Source of the DNA: Methanomassiliicoccaceae archaeon
GTDB lineage: Archaea > Thermoplasmatota > Thermoplasmata > Methanomassiliicoccales > Methanomethylophilaceae
NCBI GenBank assembly: GCA_009786295.1
Contig: WQTN01000144.1
Span: forward strand, 1 to 40,589
Reading direction: 5' to 3'
Length of the DNA: 40,589 nt
Part shown: piece after piece, positions 9,535 through 19,067 of the stretch
Layout of the letters: every line of letters begins with the position of its first letter
Numbering within the stretch: position 1 is the first letter of the stretch
The notes under the pieces: generated by a model
Database searches by the model: none
The model's input: the letters and a program-made list of their open reading frames with translations, nothing else
What the model was told of the DNA's origin: nothing
Position numbers and translations under genes: made by a program

Positions 9535-10323
9535 TCAGATCCGTTCGGCTGTCTCTGACACAGACATAGGCTCGAACCCCAGATCGATTATGCCCTCTAT
9601 CACTTTCTTGACATTCTCTGCGTTCTGAGAAATCTCAGCCGGCATCATATTCCCTCTGCCGCGCGATTCTGTCATGTGCCATGTATGCGTTGCGATCGTG
9701 AACACGCCCTCGCTGACCTCCGATGCCATTCTCAGATAATCCTCCGGCTGCCGTTTTCCTTCGTGCATCGGCCACAGATATGCCGCGATCTTCTTTCCAG
9801 AACGATCGTGACCTTCGGGGACCGGTACCTCAATGATACCGTTCGGAAGCGCATACGGCATGATCGAGCCGCTCAGCTGTGCATACATTGATGAATCATA
9901 TCTGATCCCAAATTCTGGAAGGAGCTCCAATACCGTATCGCTGATCTTCATGTAAGGTGCGCGGAAACTCACCGGGCCTCTGCCCATTACTCTGTGGACG
10001 GCGTCGGCTGCTCTCCCAATACAATCGCGGATATCGTGCTTGCTCAAGGATGTCAAGTCTTCATGATCATATCCGTGAACTCCCACTTCATGTCCGGACA
10101 GACCCTTTGCTGATATGTTCTCAAGGGTCCTGCCTTCAGCGAAGAATGTTGCCTTTACTCCTGTCTCTTTCAACATATCCAGAAGTATGTCCAGCCCCGC
10201 CTGGGTCGATGTGAATCTCGGAGATGTGCCTTCTCCTCTGTCCAGAGAGCCTGCCGCCGCATCTCCGGGCATCTGAACGTTAACATCCCTGTCGAGATCT
10301 ATCGTGACGCACAGTGCCCGCAT
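9535..10323 (-). CDS. Polysaccharide deacetylase family (NodB/CE4) protein
   Basis: TIDLD, ATFF, HEVGVHGYDH, SFRAPY, YDSS, HTWH motifs. Confidence 0.9.
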   Translation of the reverse strand: MRALCVTIDLDRDVNVQMPGDAAAGSLDRGEGTSPRFTSTQAGLDILLDMLKETGVKATFFAEGRTLENISAKGLSGHEVGVHGYDHEDLTSLSKHDIRDCIGRAADAVHRVMGRGPVSFRAPYMKISDTVLELLPEFGIRYDSSMYAQLSGSIMPYALPNGIIEVPVPEGHDRSGKKIAAYLWPMHEGKRQPEDYLRMASEVSEGVFTIATHTWHMTESRGRGNMMPAEISQNAENVKKVIEGIIDLGFEPMSVSETAERI

Positions 10324-10324
10324 C

Positions 10325-11842
10325 TTACCTGGTCCTGGGGGCCGTTATCCTCTTCAGGAGCATTCCTTCGATATCGAAAGGTTTGTACTTTGCGGCGAGC
10401 TCCTTTGCCCTGTCCACCTTTGCCTTGCTGTCGCCGTATATCTGGAACAGCGTATCTCCTTTCTCTACTCTCTGGCCTTTCTTCTTCATCAGCAGTATCC
10501 CTGCCCCTTTGTCCGAGGGGGACCCTGCGGCGACCGCGATCGCAACCAATTCTTTGTTGGATATCGTGTGCACGTATCCTGATTTTGCGGATACGATATC
10601 TGCCACGAACTCCCCCGGAACAAGGTCGTTGGAACTTATGTCGTAGTTCCCTTTCTGCGCGGCGACTATCTCTCTGAACTTCTTCATGGCAGCACCGGAG
10701 TCCAATATCTCTCTGGCTTTTTCGTTCCCGTTGGGGAAGCCTCCCATCTCAAGGATTATCCCGGCAAGGTCGCACGCCTTCTCGATCACACTTGAAGGGT
10801 GCTTCTCCCCCTCAAGTATGCGTATGCATTCCCTCGCCTCAAGTTTGGGGCCTATCGCGTTCCCGACAGGCTGGTCCGCATACGTTATGGCGCATTCGAT
10901 GTGAAGGTTCAGTTTGTCTCCGAGATCCATGAAATCTCTGGCATATGCTCTTGCCACCTCTATCGTCGGCACCTTCGTACCTGTGCCGGTGGGTATGTCT
11001 ATCACAAGGTGCGTCGCCCCGATGGCCAATTTTTTGCTGAGGATGGATGCCAGCATCTGTGCGCGCGGGTTGACCCCCAGAGGATGTTCCACTTTTATCA
11101 CAAGGTCATCCACGGGCGCCAGGTTCATCGCGCCTCCCCATGCCAACACGCCTCCGGTCTCTTCCGATATCTTTTTCAGGGTCGCGGCGTCCATCTCGAC
11201 ATCGCAGAACGTCTCCACGAAGTCCGATGTCCCGCAGGCGCTGCTGATCGCTCTTGATGAGGTCTTCGGGAGCATGAGCCCTGCAGCGGCGACTATGGAC
11301 ACCACGATCGGCGTGATCTTGTTGCCTGGAACACCTCCCATGCTGTGGAAATCGTAGACCGGGGATCGATCGAACTCCACTCTGTCGCCGGTCTCCACCA
11401 TCGCCTCGGTGAAGTCCGCTATCTCCTCAATGTCCATTCCGTTTATGTAGAGAGCTGTCAGCCATGCCGATATCTCGATCTTCGAAAGCCTGTTCTCGAG
11501 GATGTCCGTCACAATCGCGTGTATCTCTTCCTTCGAGAGTTTCTCCTTATCCATCTTCTTTCTGATGCTTCTTACCGACTCGGGGCTGCTAGCATATACG
11601 ATATTCAGCTCATCCCCGTCGGATGCTTGGACCTTGTTCTTCAGGCAGATGGATAATACGATTTCTCCTTTGCTCACAAAATCGGAGACATTGAGGAGCG
11701 CTATGGCCGACTTCCTTCCGTCTATCCTTACTCTGTCGTTATCCTTGCCGCCTATCTTCACGGCATCCTCCGGATTTATCAGGGCCATAGCTTCCGTGCT
11801 TATGTCCAGGAATTTTACTTTGATGATCATTTTATCCCCCAT
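10325..11842 (-). CDS. deoA: AMP phosphorylase (thymidine phosphorylase family)
   Basis: HSMGGVPGNK, PKTSSRAISSACGTSD, ASILSKK; adjacent to RuBisCO and R15P isomerase. Confidence 0.93.
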   Translation of the reverse strand: MGDKMIIKVKFLDISTEAMALINPEDAVKIGGKDNDRVRIDGRKSAIALLNVSDFVSKGEIVLSICLKNKVQASDGDELNIVYASSPESVRSIRKKMDKEKLSKEEIHAIVTDILENRLSKIEISAWLTALYINGMDIEEIADFTEAMVETGDRVEFDRSPVYDFHSMGGVPGNKITPIVVSIVAAAGLMLPKTSSRAISSACGTSDFVETFCDVEMDAATLKKISEETGGVLAWGGAMNLAPVDDLVIKVEHPLGVNPRAQMLASILSKKLAIGATHLVIDIPTGTGTKVPTIEVARAYARDFMDLGDKLNLHIECAITYADQPVGNAIGPKLEARECIRILEGEKHPSSVIEKACDLAGIILEMGGFPNGNEKAREILDSGAAMKKFREIVAAQKGNYDISSNDLVPGEFVADIVSAKSGYVHTISNKELVAIAVAAGSPSDKGAGILLMKKKGQRVEKGDTLFQIYGDSKAKVDRAKELAAKYKPFDIEGMLLKRITAPRTR

Positions 11843-13065
11843 TTGTCAAGAGCCGTTTTCAGCTCCGGATGGCTTTTAGCATATTCTGACGCATCTATGC
11901 CTTTGAACGCCGCATCTATTGCCTGGCACATGCCCATGGCGCCTTTCCTTACTCCGCCCGGGTGCCCTGCCACTCCTCCGCCGGCCTGTATCTGCACATT
12001 GGATCCCGATGCCTTTAGCATGGTGGCTATCATACCGGGATATACCCCGCCGGAGCAGACGGGCATCATGTTTTTGAATCTGATATCTTTCCTCAAGCAT
12101 TCCTCGAGGCTGTCATGGTCGCCTTCCACGGTGCCGGTCATCTTCCCTACACCGAGGGTCCCCACATGCAAAGCGTCCCCTCCGCACATCCTTACCAGTT
12201 TTGTTATCGGGAGCATGGCGATGCCATGCAGCGGATCCTTGGTGAACGCTCCGTGCATTGTGCGGTGGACATGTACCGGGACTTTGATCTTAGGGTCTTC
12301 GGCTAAAGCCTGAACGGCCGCGAATCCGCATGTTATCACGTCCACCATGATCTGGCTGGCCCCCCATGACTGTGCGTCCTCCGCCAGTTCGATTATCCTG
12401 TCTCCGTTGGTGCTGACGTTTATGGCATGGACCATCCTGTGGCCTTCCTCCTTCAGCTTATCCAGCGATTCTGCTATGGCCTTGGTCCTGTCCTCAATAG
12501 GGCAGAATTTCTGGTCGACCAGCGTCTCGTCGTCCTTGCTGTTGGTCAGCCCTCCGGACCCTGCTTCATAGACATATTTCGCTGTGTCTTTAGGAGATAA
12601 TCCTATCTTGGGCTTGACTATCGTTCCCACCAGCGGTTTCTCCGGGCGGTCCAGAATCTTCCTCAGGCCGTCGGCCCCGAACTTCGGCCCTTTGTATTTC
12701 TTCAGTATACCTGACGGGAACTCCACGTCTTCCAGCCTCACTTTGTGCAGCGCATCGAGGCCGAAGAGGTTTCCCGCTACGATGCTCAGTATCTGCGGGA
12801 TGCCGCCGTTCTCTATGCTGAAATCTTCTTCGGGGAATGCTATCGCCACTTCATCGCCCTTTATTTCGATGACCTTCCCGCCGTAGTTCCCGAAGACATC
12901 CTCATCCAGCGTCGATATCCCCGTCCAGGTTCCGGTCGACTGCTCCGCTGCGAGTGCTTCTGCCGCTTTCTCCATCGGCAGGTCCGTGGTGACACGGTAT
13001 CTGCATATGACGTGCGCGTCGCGGTCGATCTTTTCTCCGATGTGCAAATAAGAATATGTTTTCAT
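11827..13065 (-). CDS. rbcL: RuBisCO large subunit, archaeal form III-like
   Basis: AEQSTGTW, KPKIGL, KDDE, HVHRTMHG, HVGT, GKM, SGG, GGGVAGHP; start placed at MKTYSY (13065). Confidence 0.92.
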   Translation of the reverse strand: MKTYSYLHIGEKIDRDAHVICRYRVTTDLPMEKAAEALAAEQSTGTWTGISTLDEDVFGNYGGKVIEIKGDEVAIAFPEEDFSIENGGIPQILSIVAGNLFGLDALHKVRLEDVEFPSGILKKYKGPKFGADGLRKILDRPEKPLVGTIVKPKIGLSPKDTAKYVYEAGSGGLTNSKDDETLVDQKFCPIEDRTKAIAESLDKLKEEGHRMVHAINVSTNGDRIIELAEDAQSWGASQIMVDVITCGFAAVQALAEDPKIKVPVHVHRTMHGAFTKDPLHGIAMLPITKLVRMCGGDALHVGTLGVGKMTGTVEGDHDSLEECLRKDIRFKNMMPVCSGGVYPGMIATMLKASGSNVQIQAGGGVAGHPGGVRKGAMGMCQAIDAAFKGIDASEYAKSHPELKTALDKWGIK

Positions 13066-14006
13066 AGACTGTCCCTCGCTTTCCATATGTCTTTTCCGAG
13101 CTGCCTCACTATCACGTCATAAACAGAGCCGGGCGAGATTATCCCCAGCTCCGTTATTATTGCGTCAATGTATCTTGCGGGCGTGGTATCGAAGACCGGA
13201 TTGTATATCTTGACGCCTTTCGGAATCATTCCCGCTTCCGCCACTTCCCTGCATTCCCTCTCTTCGATGATCACACTGTCGCCGAACATGGTCATCGGGG
13301 AGAACTTGTATGTCTCTGCGCATACATTGAACGGCACCCCCGCCTCGTTAGCGGCAAGTGCCAGCTGCGATGTTCCGATCTTGTTTATCAGCTCCCCGCT
13401 CGATGTCACGGTATCTGCGCCGACGAAGACGCCGTCCATTTTGCTCATGACGGAACGCACGGCGCTGTCGATGATAAGTGTGACATCTACGCCTGCCTCG
13501 GAAAGTTCTCTGACCGTAAGCAGCCCCTGTCTCCAAGGACGGGATTCTGTTGCGTATACTTTGATATCTTTGCCTTGGGCATGGGCGCTCTTTATGACGC
13601 CTATGGCGGCGCTGCTGTTGCAGTGCGTGAGCAGCACATCCCCGTCGCGCACCCTCTTCGCCCCGATCTTGGCTATGATTTCCACAGCCTCGGATGATGC
13701 TTCAATGAACAGCTTCGCGTTGCATGCCACTGAATTCTTGGCCTCTTCCAGAGAAGATGCGCTGTGCACATCCCTCACACACGCCTGGACCCCATTCCAC
13801 AGCGAGACCGCGGTAGGTCTGGATTCAAGCATGATGTTCCTAGCAGTCTCAAGGTCCTTCCTGAACTCCTCCAGGGATCCACCCCTGTAATTTTCGGCGA
13901 ACTCCCCCATTGCGGACGCTCCGGCGCGGGCTATTCTGCCGGCACCTCTTATTTTCATGTCCTTTATCTCAGAGGCCGTGCCCTTGACTGTGTCGAACAT
14001 GAACAT
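13062..14006 (-). CDS. e2b2: Ribose-1,5-bisphosphate isomerase (eIF2B-like)
   Basis: MKIRGA, RPTAVSL, THCNS, TESRP, VGAD, NKIGT, NPVFDTTP. Confidence 0.93.
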   Translation of the reverse strand: MFMFDTVKGTASEIKDMKIRGAGRIARAGASAMGEFAENYRGGSLEEFRKDLETARNIMLESRPTAVSLWNGVQACVRDVHSASSLEEAKNSVACNAKLFIEASSEAVEIIAKIGAKRVRDGDVLLTHCNSSAAIGVIKSAHAQGKDIKVYATESRPWRQGLLTVRELSEAGVDVTLIIDSAVRSVMSKMDGVFVGADTVTSSGELINKIGTSQLALAANEAGVPFNVCAETYKFSPMTMFGDSVIIEERECREVAEAGMIPKGVKIYNPVFDTTPARYIDAIITELGIISPGSVYDVIVRQLGKDIWKARDSL

Positions 14007-14066
14007 GAGAGCATTCTGGGAGATTTAATAAGTATGCACATTTCACGTGCTGGTGTTCCCATAAGG

Positions 14067-14468
14067 TCAGCTGTGGCTGCTGAGGGATAATCTTTCCAGC
14101 AGTTTATCCAGCGATTCGATGTCCTTGATGTCCTTCTTGCACAGGAAGGAAAGCCTCGCCCTGATGCGGCTGTCGTACACGAGTCCCAAGGCGGACAGCT
14201 GATTTTCAAGCTCGCGGGCGATCGTTCCGCCTCTGCGGTCCCAGTCTGTCAGTATCACCGCTTTTCCGCCGTGTTCTGAGACGTATTCGGCTGCTTTGAT
14301 CGGCCCGCCCTCCGACTGTGTCATGAATATCTCTCCCTTGATCCCTATCGAGTTCAGAGCCTTTTTGTCCTTGGGCCCCTCTATCAGGATAACATGGTCT
14401 GCGGCGAGCTCTTCGAGTTCTTCCAATACCTCCTTTATTTCAGCCAGCCTCTCCTCGTCATCCAACAT
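14067..14468 (-). CDS. Stand-alone Toprim domain protein (UPF0292-like)
   Basis: IEGPKD and LTDWDRRG Toprim motifs. Confidence 0.88.
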   Translation of the reverse strand: MLDDEERLAEIKEVLEELEELAADHVILIEGPKDKKALNSIGIKGEIFMTQSEGGPIKAAEYVSEHGGKAVILTDWDRRGGTIARELENQLSALGLVYDSRIRARLSFLCKKDIKDIESLDKLLERLSLSSHS

Positions 14469-14757
14469 GATCCCTCAGTTTTGATATTATTGCGGCAGGA
14501 TCCCCCTCGATGAAGATCGTTTTCTGTCTGTTGGTATGCCCGGATATCACTGAGGACGGAGAGCCCGAGGCCATGGATAAGATCTCTTCCGTCTCCCTGT
14601 TCGCTTTTCCGTCAAGCGGCGGGGCTTTTACTTTAACGATCAGCCTCTTTCTCCAGTCGTCGATCCCTTCGATCCCGGACCTTCCGGACCTCGGAGACAC
14701 CAGTATGTCAACCTCTACTCCGGAATCCCTGACCCTTACGACGTCTTCGATCTGCAT
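14458..14757 (-). CDS. UPF0235/DUF167 (YggU) family protein
   Basis: VSPRS, VKAPPLDGKAN, SGHTNRQK. Confidence 0.9.
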   Translation of the reverse strand: MQIEDVVRVRDSGVEVDILVSPRSGRSGIEGIDDWRKRLIVKVKAPPLDGKANRETEEILSMASGSPSSVISGHTNRQKTIFIEGDPAAIISKLRDHVG

Positions 14758-14764
14758 TTTCTGC

Positions 14765-15652
14765 TCAATGCCCCTGTTGGCTGTTTATGAAATCAATCAT
14801 CAGGCCTATGGCTTCCTCCGCGGCCAGGCTCTCTTCCTGCATGAAGCCGTGGAGAACGCCTTTGAATTCATGCAGTTCCACGCGCACTCCCGCGTCTTCG
14901 AGCTTTTTGCGGTAGCGGTGCCCTTCTGGCGTAAGCGGGTCGCCGTCCCCCGCCGATATCATAAGAACGGGCGGGAGTCCCGTCAATTGTTCGTTTGTCG
15001 CATAGACTGGGGAAGCATACGGGGACTTTGCATCCTCCGGATCCGTGAAGTAGCTGAGGACGATCGCCTCGATCATCTTGTTAGTCAGCCCCTTTTTGCA
15101 TTTCGGCTTATTGTAGGGGTCTTCGGCGGCATCGGTGCCGGGATAGCAGAGGATCTGGTACTTGAACCTGATATCTTTCCTTTCATTTGCCATTATGCAT
15201 GCGACGGTCGCGAAGTTCCCTCCTGAACTGTAGCCTCCGATCCCGATGTTGTCTCGGTCGATCCCGTACTCTTCAGCATTATCATAGTAGTGCTTGATCA
15301 CTTCGTAGGTAGCTTCGATCCCTATCGGGAATGGATTTTGAGGAGCCTTGGGATAATCTATGCTGATGATCTTGACCTTTGTCTTTTCCAATAGGCAGTG
15401 GTTGATCCCTTCGTCGAGTTCCGGGAACATGAGCGCCCACCCTCCTCCATGTATATCGACGAACAGGGGCTTTTTCTCCTGAGAATCGAACCCATATTCC
15501 AGCACCCTCACTTTGTCGCATGATGTGTCGATCCAACGTTCGCCTGCCGTTGTTGCCTTTTTCACAAATCGAGCGGCCATCCGCTGGTATCTTTCGATCT
15601 TTTTGATTGCCTTTTTCCTGTCCATCAATGGTGCCCCGTCCAGAGTAGACAT
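14765..15652 (-). CDS. Alpha/beta hydrolase (HSL-family esterase)
   Basis: HGGG oxyanion motif, GYSSGG nucleophile, DPL and HGF triad residues. Confidence 0.92.
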   Translation of the reverse strand: MSTLDGAPLMDRKKAIKKIERYQRMAARFVKKATTAGERWIDTSCDKVRVLEYGFDSQEKKPLFVDIHGGGWALMFPELDEGINHCLLEKTKVKIISIDYPKAPQNPFPIGIEATYEVIKHYYDNAEEYGIDRDNIGIGGYSSGGNFATVACIMANERKDIRFKYQILCYPGTDAAEDPYNKPKCKKGLTNKMIEAIVLSYFTDPEDAKSPYASPVYATNEQLTGLPPVLMISAGDGDPLTPEGHRYRKKLEDAGVRVELHEFKGVLHGFMQEESLAAEEAIGLMIDFINSQQGH

Positions 15653-15664
15653 TCGCCGTATTTA

Positions 15665-15964
15665 TTAACGGCGATTTTCATCGATTTTGACGGTTTTCAT
15701 GAGACCATAGAATCCGCAGCGGGGGCATTTCATTTTCCTGTGCTCGCCAAAGTTGAGAGCGGTCAATGACTCTATGAATGATGAAGGCTGAAAGGACATC
15801 GAGCATTTCGGGCAGTCGTATCTGTATTTCTTCCAAAGGTTCAAATGGACAGCCAGAGCAAGAGCCACTATGACAACGCCGATCCATATACGGAACAGTA
15901 TGCACAAAATAAGAACTGAAACGATTAACACGAGAATAATACCGTTGCCTATCTTACTCTGCAT
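15665..15964 (-). CDS. Small membrane protein with C-terminal Zn ribbon
   Basis: Two TM segments followed by CPKC...CPRC. Confidence 0.75.
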   Translation of the reverse strand: MQSKIGNGIILVLIVSVLILCILFRIWIGVVIVALALAVHLNLWKKYRYDCPKCSMSFQPSSFIESLTALNFGEHRKMKCPRCGFYGLMKTVKIDENRR

Positions 15965-16096
15965 TTTGCATCACTCTCTTTTCTGTTTGCCGTTAGGACA
16001 GCGAATGACATCAAAGTAAAAAGAGTCATCGCAGAAGTATTTTTGAAAGCATGGTGCGAATAAAACAATATAACGTACAGAGAGATTCGGGCGATC

Positions 16097-16381
16097 ATGT
16101 CTGGAAGATTCCCTTTCAAAGATGAAAAGAACACAGCGACAATAACATGCTGCCATGTGATTAGGGATCATCAGGCGATCCTTTATGCATCCCATGACGA
16201 AGACGACGGGATGTGGCAGTTCTTGTGCGGTAAGACCCATGAGACCAGCGAGGCAATGATCGTGTCGCTCGATGCGATCTTTACGCTTGATGGATCTGTT
16301 GCCGACATCGCTGAATTGCCGCTTGGATATGAAGCGGAACGAAAGGATAGGAATTCCAAATGGGTTACACGTAAAAAGTAA
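16097..16381 (+). CDS. Hypothetical protein (DUF2185/Imm33-like)
   Basis: SHDEDDGMWQFLCG...IAELPLGYEAER..W pattern. Confidence 0.65.
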   Translation: MSGRFPFKDEKNTATITCCHVIRDHQAILYASHDEDDGMWQFLCGKTHETSEAMIVSLDAIFTLDGSVADIAELPLGYEAERKDRNSKWVTRKK

Positions 16382-16440
16382 ACAGCCCATGACGTGAATA
16401 AAACCATATAACGGCATGAAAATAGGGTATAGCAGAGGTG

Positions 16441-17181
16441 ATGATGTTGAAGAATTCTGACTCCATGTCCTTTGAGGACCTAGGAACCATATACCGGATG
16501 GAGAAAAAATCTAATACGGTATCGGCGGTCAGAAAGGATCTGTACCCTGCCATGGCGGGCCTGATCATAAGCATCAGAACAGAATATGAGAAACATCTTT
16601 CCGCCGATCCCGATTCGATAATATGCGAGGGTGTCAACCAGCGGCGCAAAAAAGCGATCCTGATGTCAAAAGAGATAACAGAGATCAGGATGGGAAAGAT
16701 AGCATCGCTCGCTCTCATAGGAGCAAGAGGCGGGCAGAACGCGGTCGACCATTTTACTCCCGAGGAAAGGACATATTACGACAGCATCCTCGACATCTCC
16801 AAAAAACATGTCGGGATAGTGGACCGGCTCAGCGGCAAGAAAAAGTTCGAACCTCCGGAAATAGACTCTGAACCTGCCGCCGAGAAGAAGGTCCCCGAGC
16901 CTGCTACGGTCAGAAAAAAGCCTGTTCCCGAACCGGCCGCCGAAGAGATGCCGGAGCCGGCTGCGGAGGAGGTGCCGGCGTGTGTGCCAGAAGAACCTGA
17001 TAAAAAAGAAACGGTGGAGGAAGAGATGGTCGTCATAAGAGTTTTGGAGGATCTTCCTCTGTTCTCAGGCCCGGACCGGAATTATGAGCTGTCCAAAGAA
17101 GACATCGTAAGAATGCCGAAGGGCATGGCAATGGCGCTTATCCGCAGAGAGAAAGCGGTAATGGTCAACCCCGGACCTTGA
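16441..17181 (+). CDS. GINS complex subunit (Gins15/Gins51-like)
   Basis: Helical A-domain (IRMGKI, TPEERTYY), Pro/Glu-rich linker, B-domain VIRVLEDLPLFSGPDRNYELSKEDIV. Confidence 0.82.
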   Translation: MMLKNSDSMSFEDLGTIYRMEKKSNTVSAVRKDLYPAMAGLIISIRTEYEKHLSADPDSIICEGVNQRRKKAILMSKEITEIRMGKIASLALIGARGGQNAVDHFTPEERTYYDSILDISKKHVGIVDRLSGKKKFEPPEIDSEPAAEKKVPEPATVRKKPVPEPAAEEMPEPAAEEVPACVPEEPDKKETVEEEMVVIRVLEDLPLFSGPDRNYELSKEDIVRMPKGMAMALIRREKAVMVNPGP

Positions 17182-17926
17182 TCGTTCTGGTGTCTCCGGG
17201 GAATTCTAGACAGTCGATAAAAAGTCTTTTCAGCCCGGTCATCTCCGCCGCCGTCTCCCTCGCAATATCCGGGGCATTGTTGGTCTTGCTGAGATGTGCC
17301 AGGAATATCTGTCTGTTGTCTCTCATTGTCCTTTTTAGCGCTTCGGCGCAATCTATGTTGGACAGGTGTCCTATGTCGCTTGCGATGAGTCTTTTCAGAT
17401 ACAGGGGGTAAGGGCCTTCCGCAAGCATCTTCTTGTCATAGTTGGACTCGATGACCGCGACATCCGCCTGTTTCAGCGCGTGCTCCACCTGGAATGTCAG
17501 TTTTCCCGTATCGGTGGCCACCAATGCCTTCTTATCATCCGCCTCGACAAAGAAAGCGTTCGGCTCCGCCGCATTGTGGGAGGTCGGGAGGGGAGTGATG
17601 TTCATGCTCCCGATGCAGAAGGACCCCATTGTCTTGATCTCTTCATGCTTGACGCTGCCGATGTCGCTGCATTCGAAGGTCGCCCTGTTGCAAAAGACCG
17701 GGATGTCGAACTTTCTCGATACGGGGCCTGCGCCGGAGATGTGGTCCACATGCTCATGCGTCACGAGAAGGGCTTTCAGCGACCTTTGGTCGATCCCTTC
17801 CTTTTCCATAAGGCCCATTATCCTTTTGCAACTGATCCCGGCATCTATCATTATGGCTTCATCATCTAACTGTATGACCGTGCAATTCCCGTCGCTTCCG
17901 CTTGCAAGGACATGTACCTCGAACAT
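17165..17926 (-). CDS. MBL-fold hydrolase (YycJ/WalJ-like)
   Basis: LASGSDGN, THEHVDH, ATDTG, ESNYD, GHLSN, AHLS. Confidence 0.92.
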   Translation of the reverse strand: MFEVHVLASGSDGNCTVIQLDDEAIMIDAGISCKRIMGLMEKEGIDQRSLKALLVTHEHVDHISGAGPVSRKFDIPVFCNRATFECSDIGSVKHEEIKTMGSFCIGSMNITPLPTSHNAAEPNAFFVEADDKKALVATDTGKLTFQVEHALKQADVAVIESNYDKKMLAEGPYPLYLKRLIASDIGHLSNIDCAEALKRTMRDNRQIFLAHLSKTNNAPDIARETAAEMTGLKRLFIDCLEFPGDTRTIKVRG

Positions 17927-17931
17927 CGGCC

Positions 17932-18420
17932 TCAGATCTTTTTCTTGTAGATATAGAAAATTATGTCCGATCTTGACAGTATCCCTACCATTACTCCTTT
18001 CTCCAGGACCGGCAGGCGGTTCACGTTGAGGCTCATCATCTTCTTGAGGGCTTCGACTATCTTCTCATCCGGGGATGTGGTAAGAACGCTTCTTGTCATT
18101 ATGTCCTCGACCGTCATTTCCGATATTGCTTTGATGGTCTCCACAAGAGCAGGATCGTGGATGTCCCCGTCCATCGGCAGGCTGAGGAGGGAGCGGTTGG
18201 TCGTCGGATCATCATCGAGCTTCTTTTGATATTTGAGGATCAGCGCGAGGATGTCCTTCTCCGTTATCATTCCAATGACGTGATTCCTGTTGTCCACTAC
18301 CGGCGCGCCGGTAGAGTTGTCAACTGCAAACTTTATCGTGGCCCTTTTTACTGTGTCGGTCGGCTTGACTGTCGACACCTGGGTGGTCATTAGGTCCCTG
18401 ACCCGGAGTTCTGTCATCAT
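17932..18420 (-). CDS. CBS-domain pair protein
   Basis: VRDLMT...APVVD...GMITEKDI and VEDIMT...RLPVL...GILSRSDI. Confidence 0.93.
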   Translation of the reverse strand: MMTELRVRDLMTTQVSTVKPTDTVKRATIKFAVDNSTGAPVVDNRNHVIGMITEKDILALILKYQKKLDDDPTTNRSLLSLPMDGDIHDPALVETIKAISEMTVEDIMTRSVLTTSPDEKIVEALKKMMSLNVNRLPVLEKGVMVGILSRSDIIFYIYKKKI

Positions 18421-18529
18421 CTCCGGATATGCCCCCGAAGATTATAGGGTTTGTGTTCGCAGATCGTCGTACTTCTGAAAATATGAAACAGACAGTTTTA
18501 TCTATCATTATGCAATCAAGAGGCGCACG

Positions 18530-18603
18530 GGGCCTGTAGCTCAGCTAGGTAGAGCGATCGACTCTTAATCGATCGGCCAAGGGTTCGAATCCCTTCAGGC
18601 CCG
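18530..18603 (+). tRNA. tRNA-Lys (anticodon CTT)
   Basis: Acceptor GGGCCTG/CAGGCCC, D-arm GCTCAGCTAGGTAGAGC, anticodon arm ATCGA-CTCTTAA-TCGAT, T-arm AAGGG-TTCGAAT-CCCTT; CCA not encoded. Confidence 0.97.
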
Positions 18604-19067
18604 CCTGTTGGTTTTTTGGTTGTCTGGATTAGGCTCTATCAAGAACATTGATGTAAAAGTTCAAGGCAGGCATGCGTGCGACGATGACGGATACGGGTTT
18701 CTTCTGTCGTTCTTGCCCGCGATGAATGGAGAACAATCACACAAGAAGAGAATCTTTGCAATATCGGGATACTGATCACAGAGAGATTAGCGGCAAATGG
18801 GCCCGATCAGTTCATGGCCGCAAGAGAAAGAGCTTTGAAACAGCCTGCAGAGTTGAAGTTGGATCCTTTGGAGCTTAGATCGATAGATGATAGGCCCAGG
18901 AAACTTCAGGAATTACACAACAGAAAAGCCTCATGAGACAACGATGATCCTCCGATAATAGGCCATTTGAGACTATACACTCTGCTGGTCGCGCATACAC
19001 ATGCCCGCATGTGTAAATCTCGGCCTAGCCCGATATTATCGGGCATCGCGAATGCGTGAATAAAACC

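Noticed and set aside
11827-13065. RuBisCO as evidence of Calvin-cycle autotrophy or as a form IV RLP
   Set aside because: It is flanked by AMP phosphorylase and R15P isomerase (nucleoside salvage), and catalytic residues appear intact
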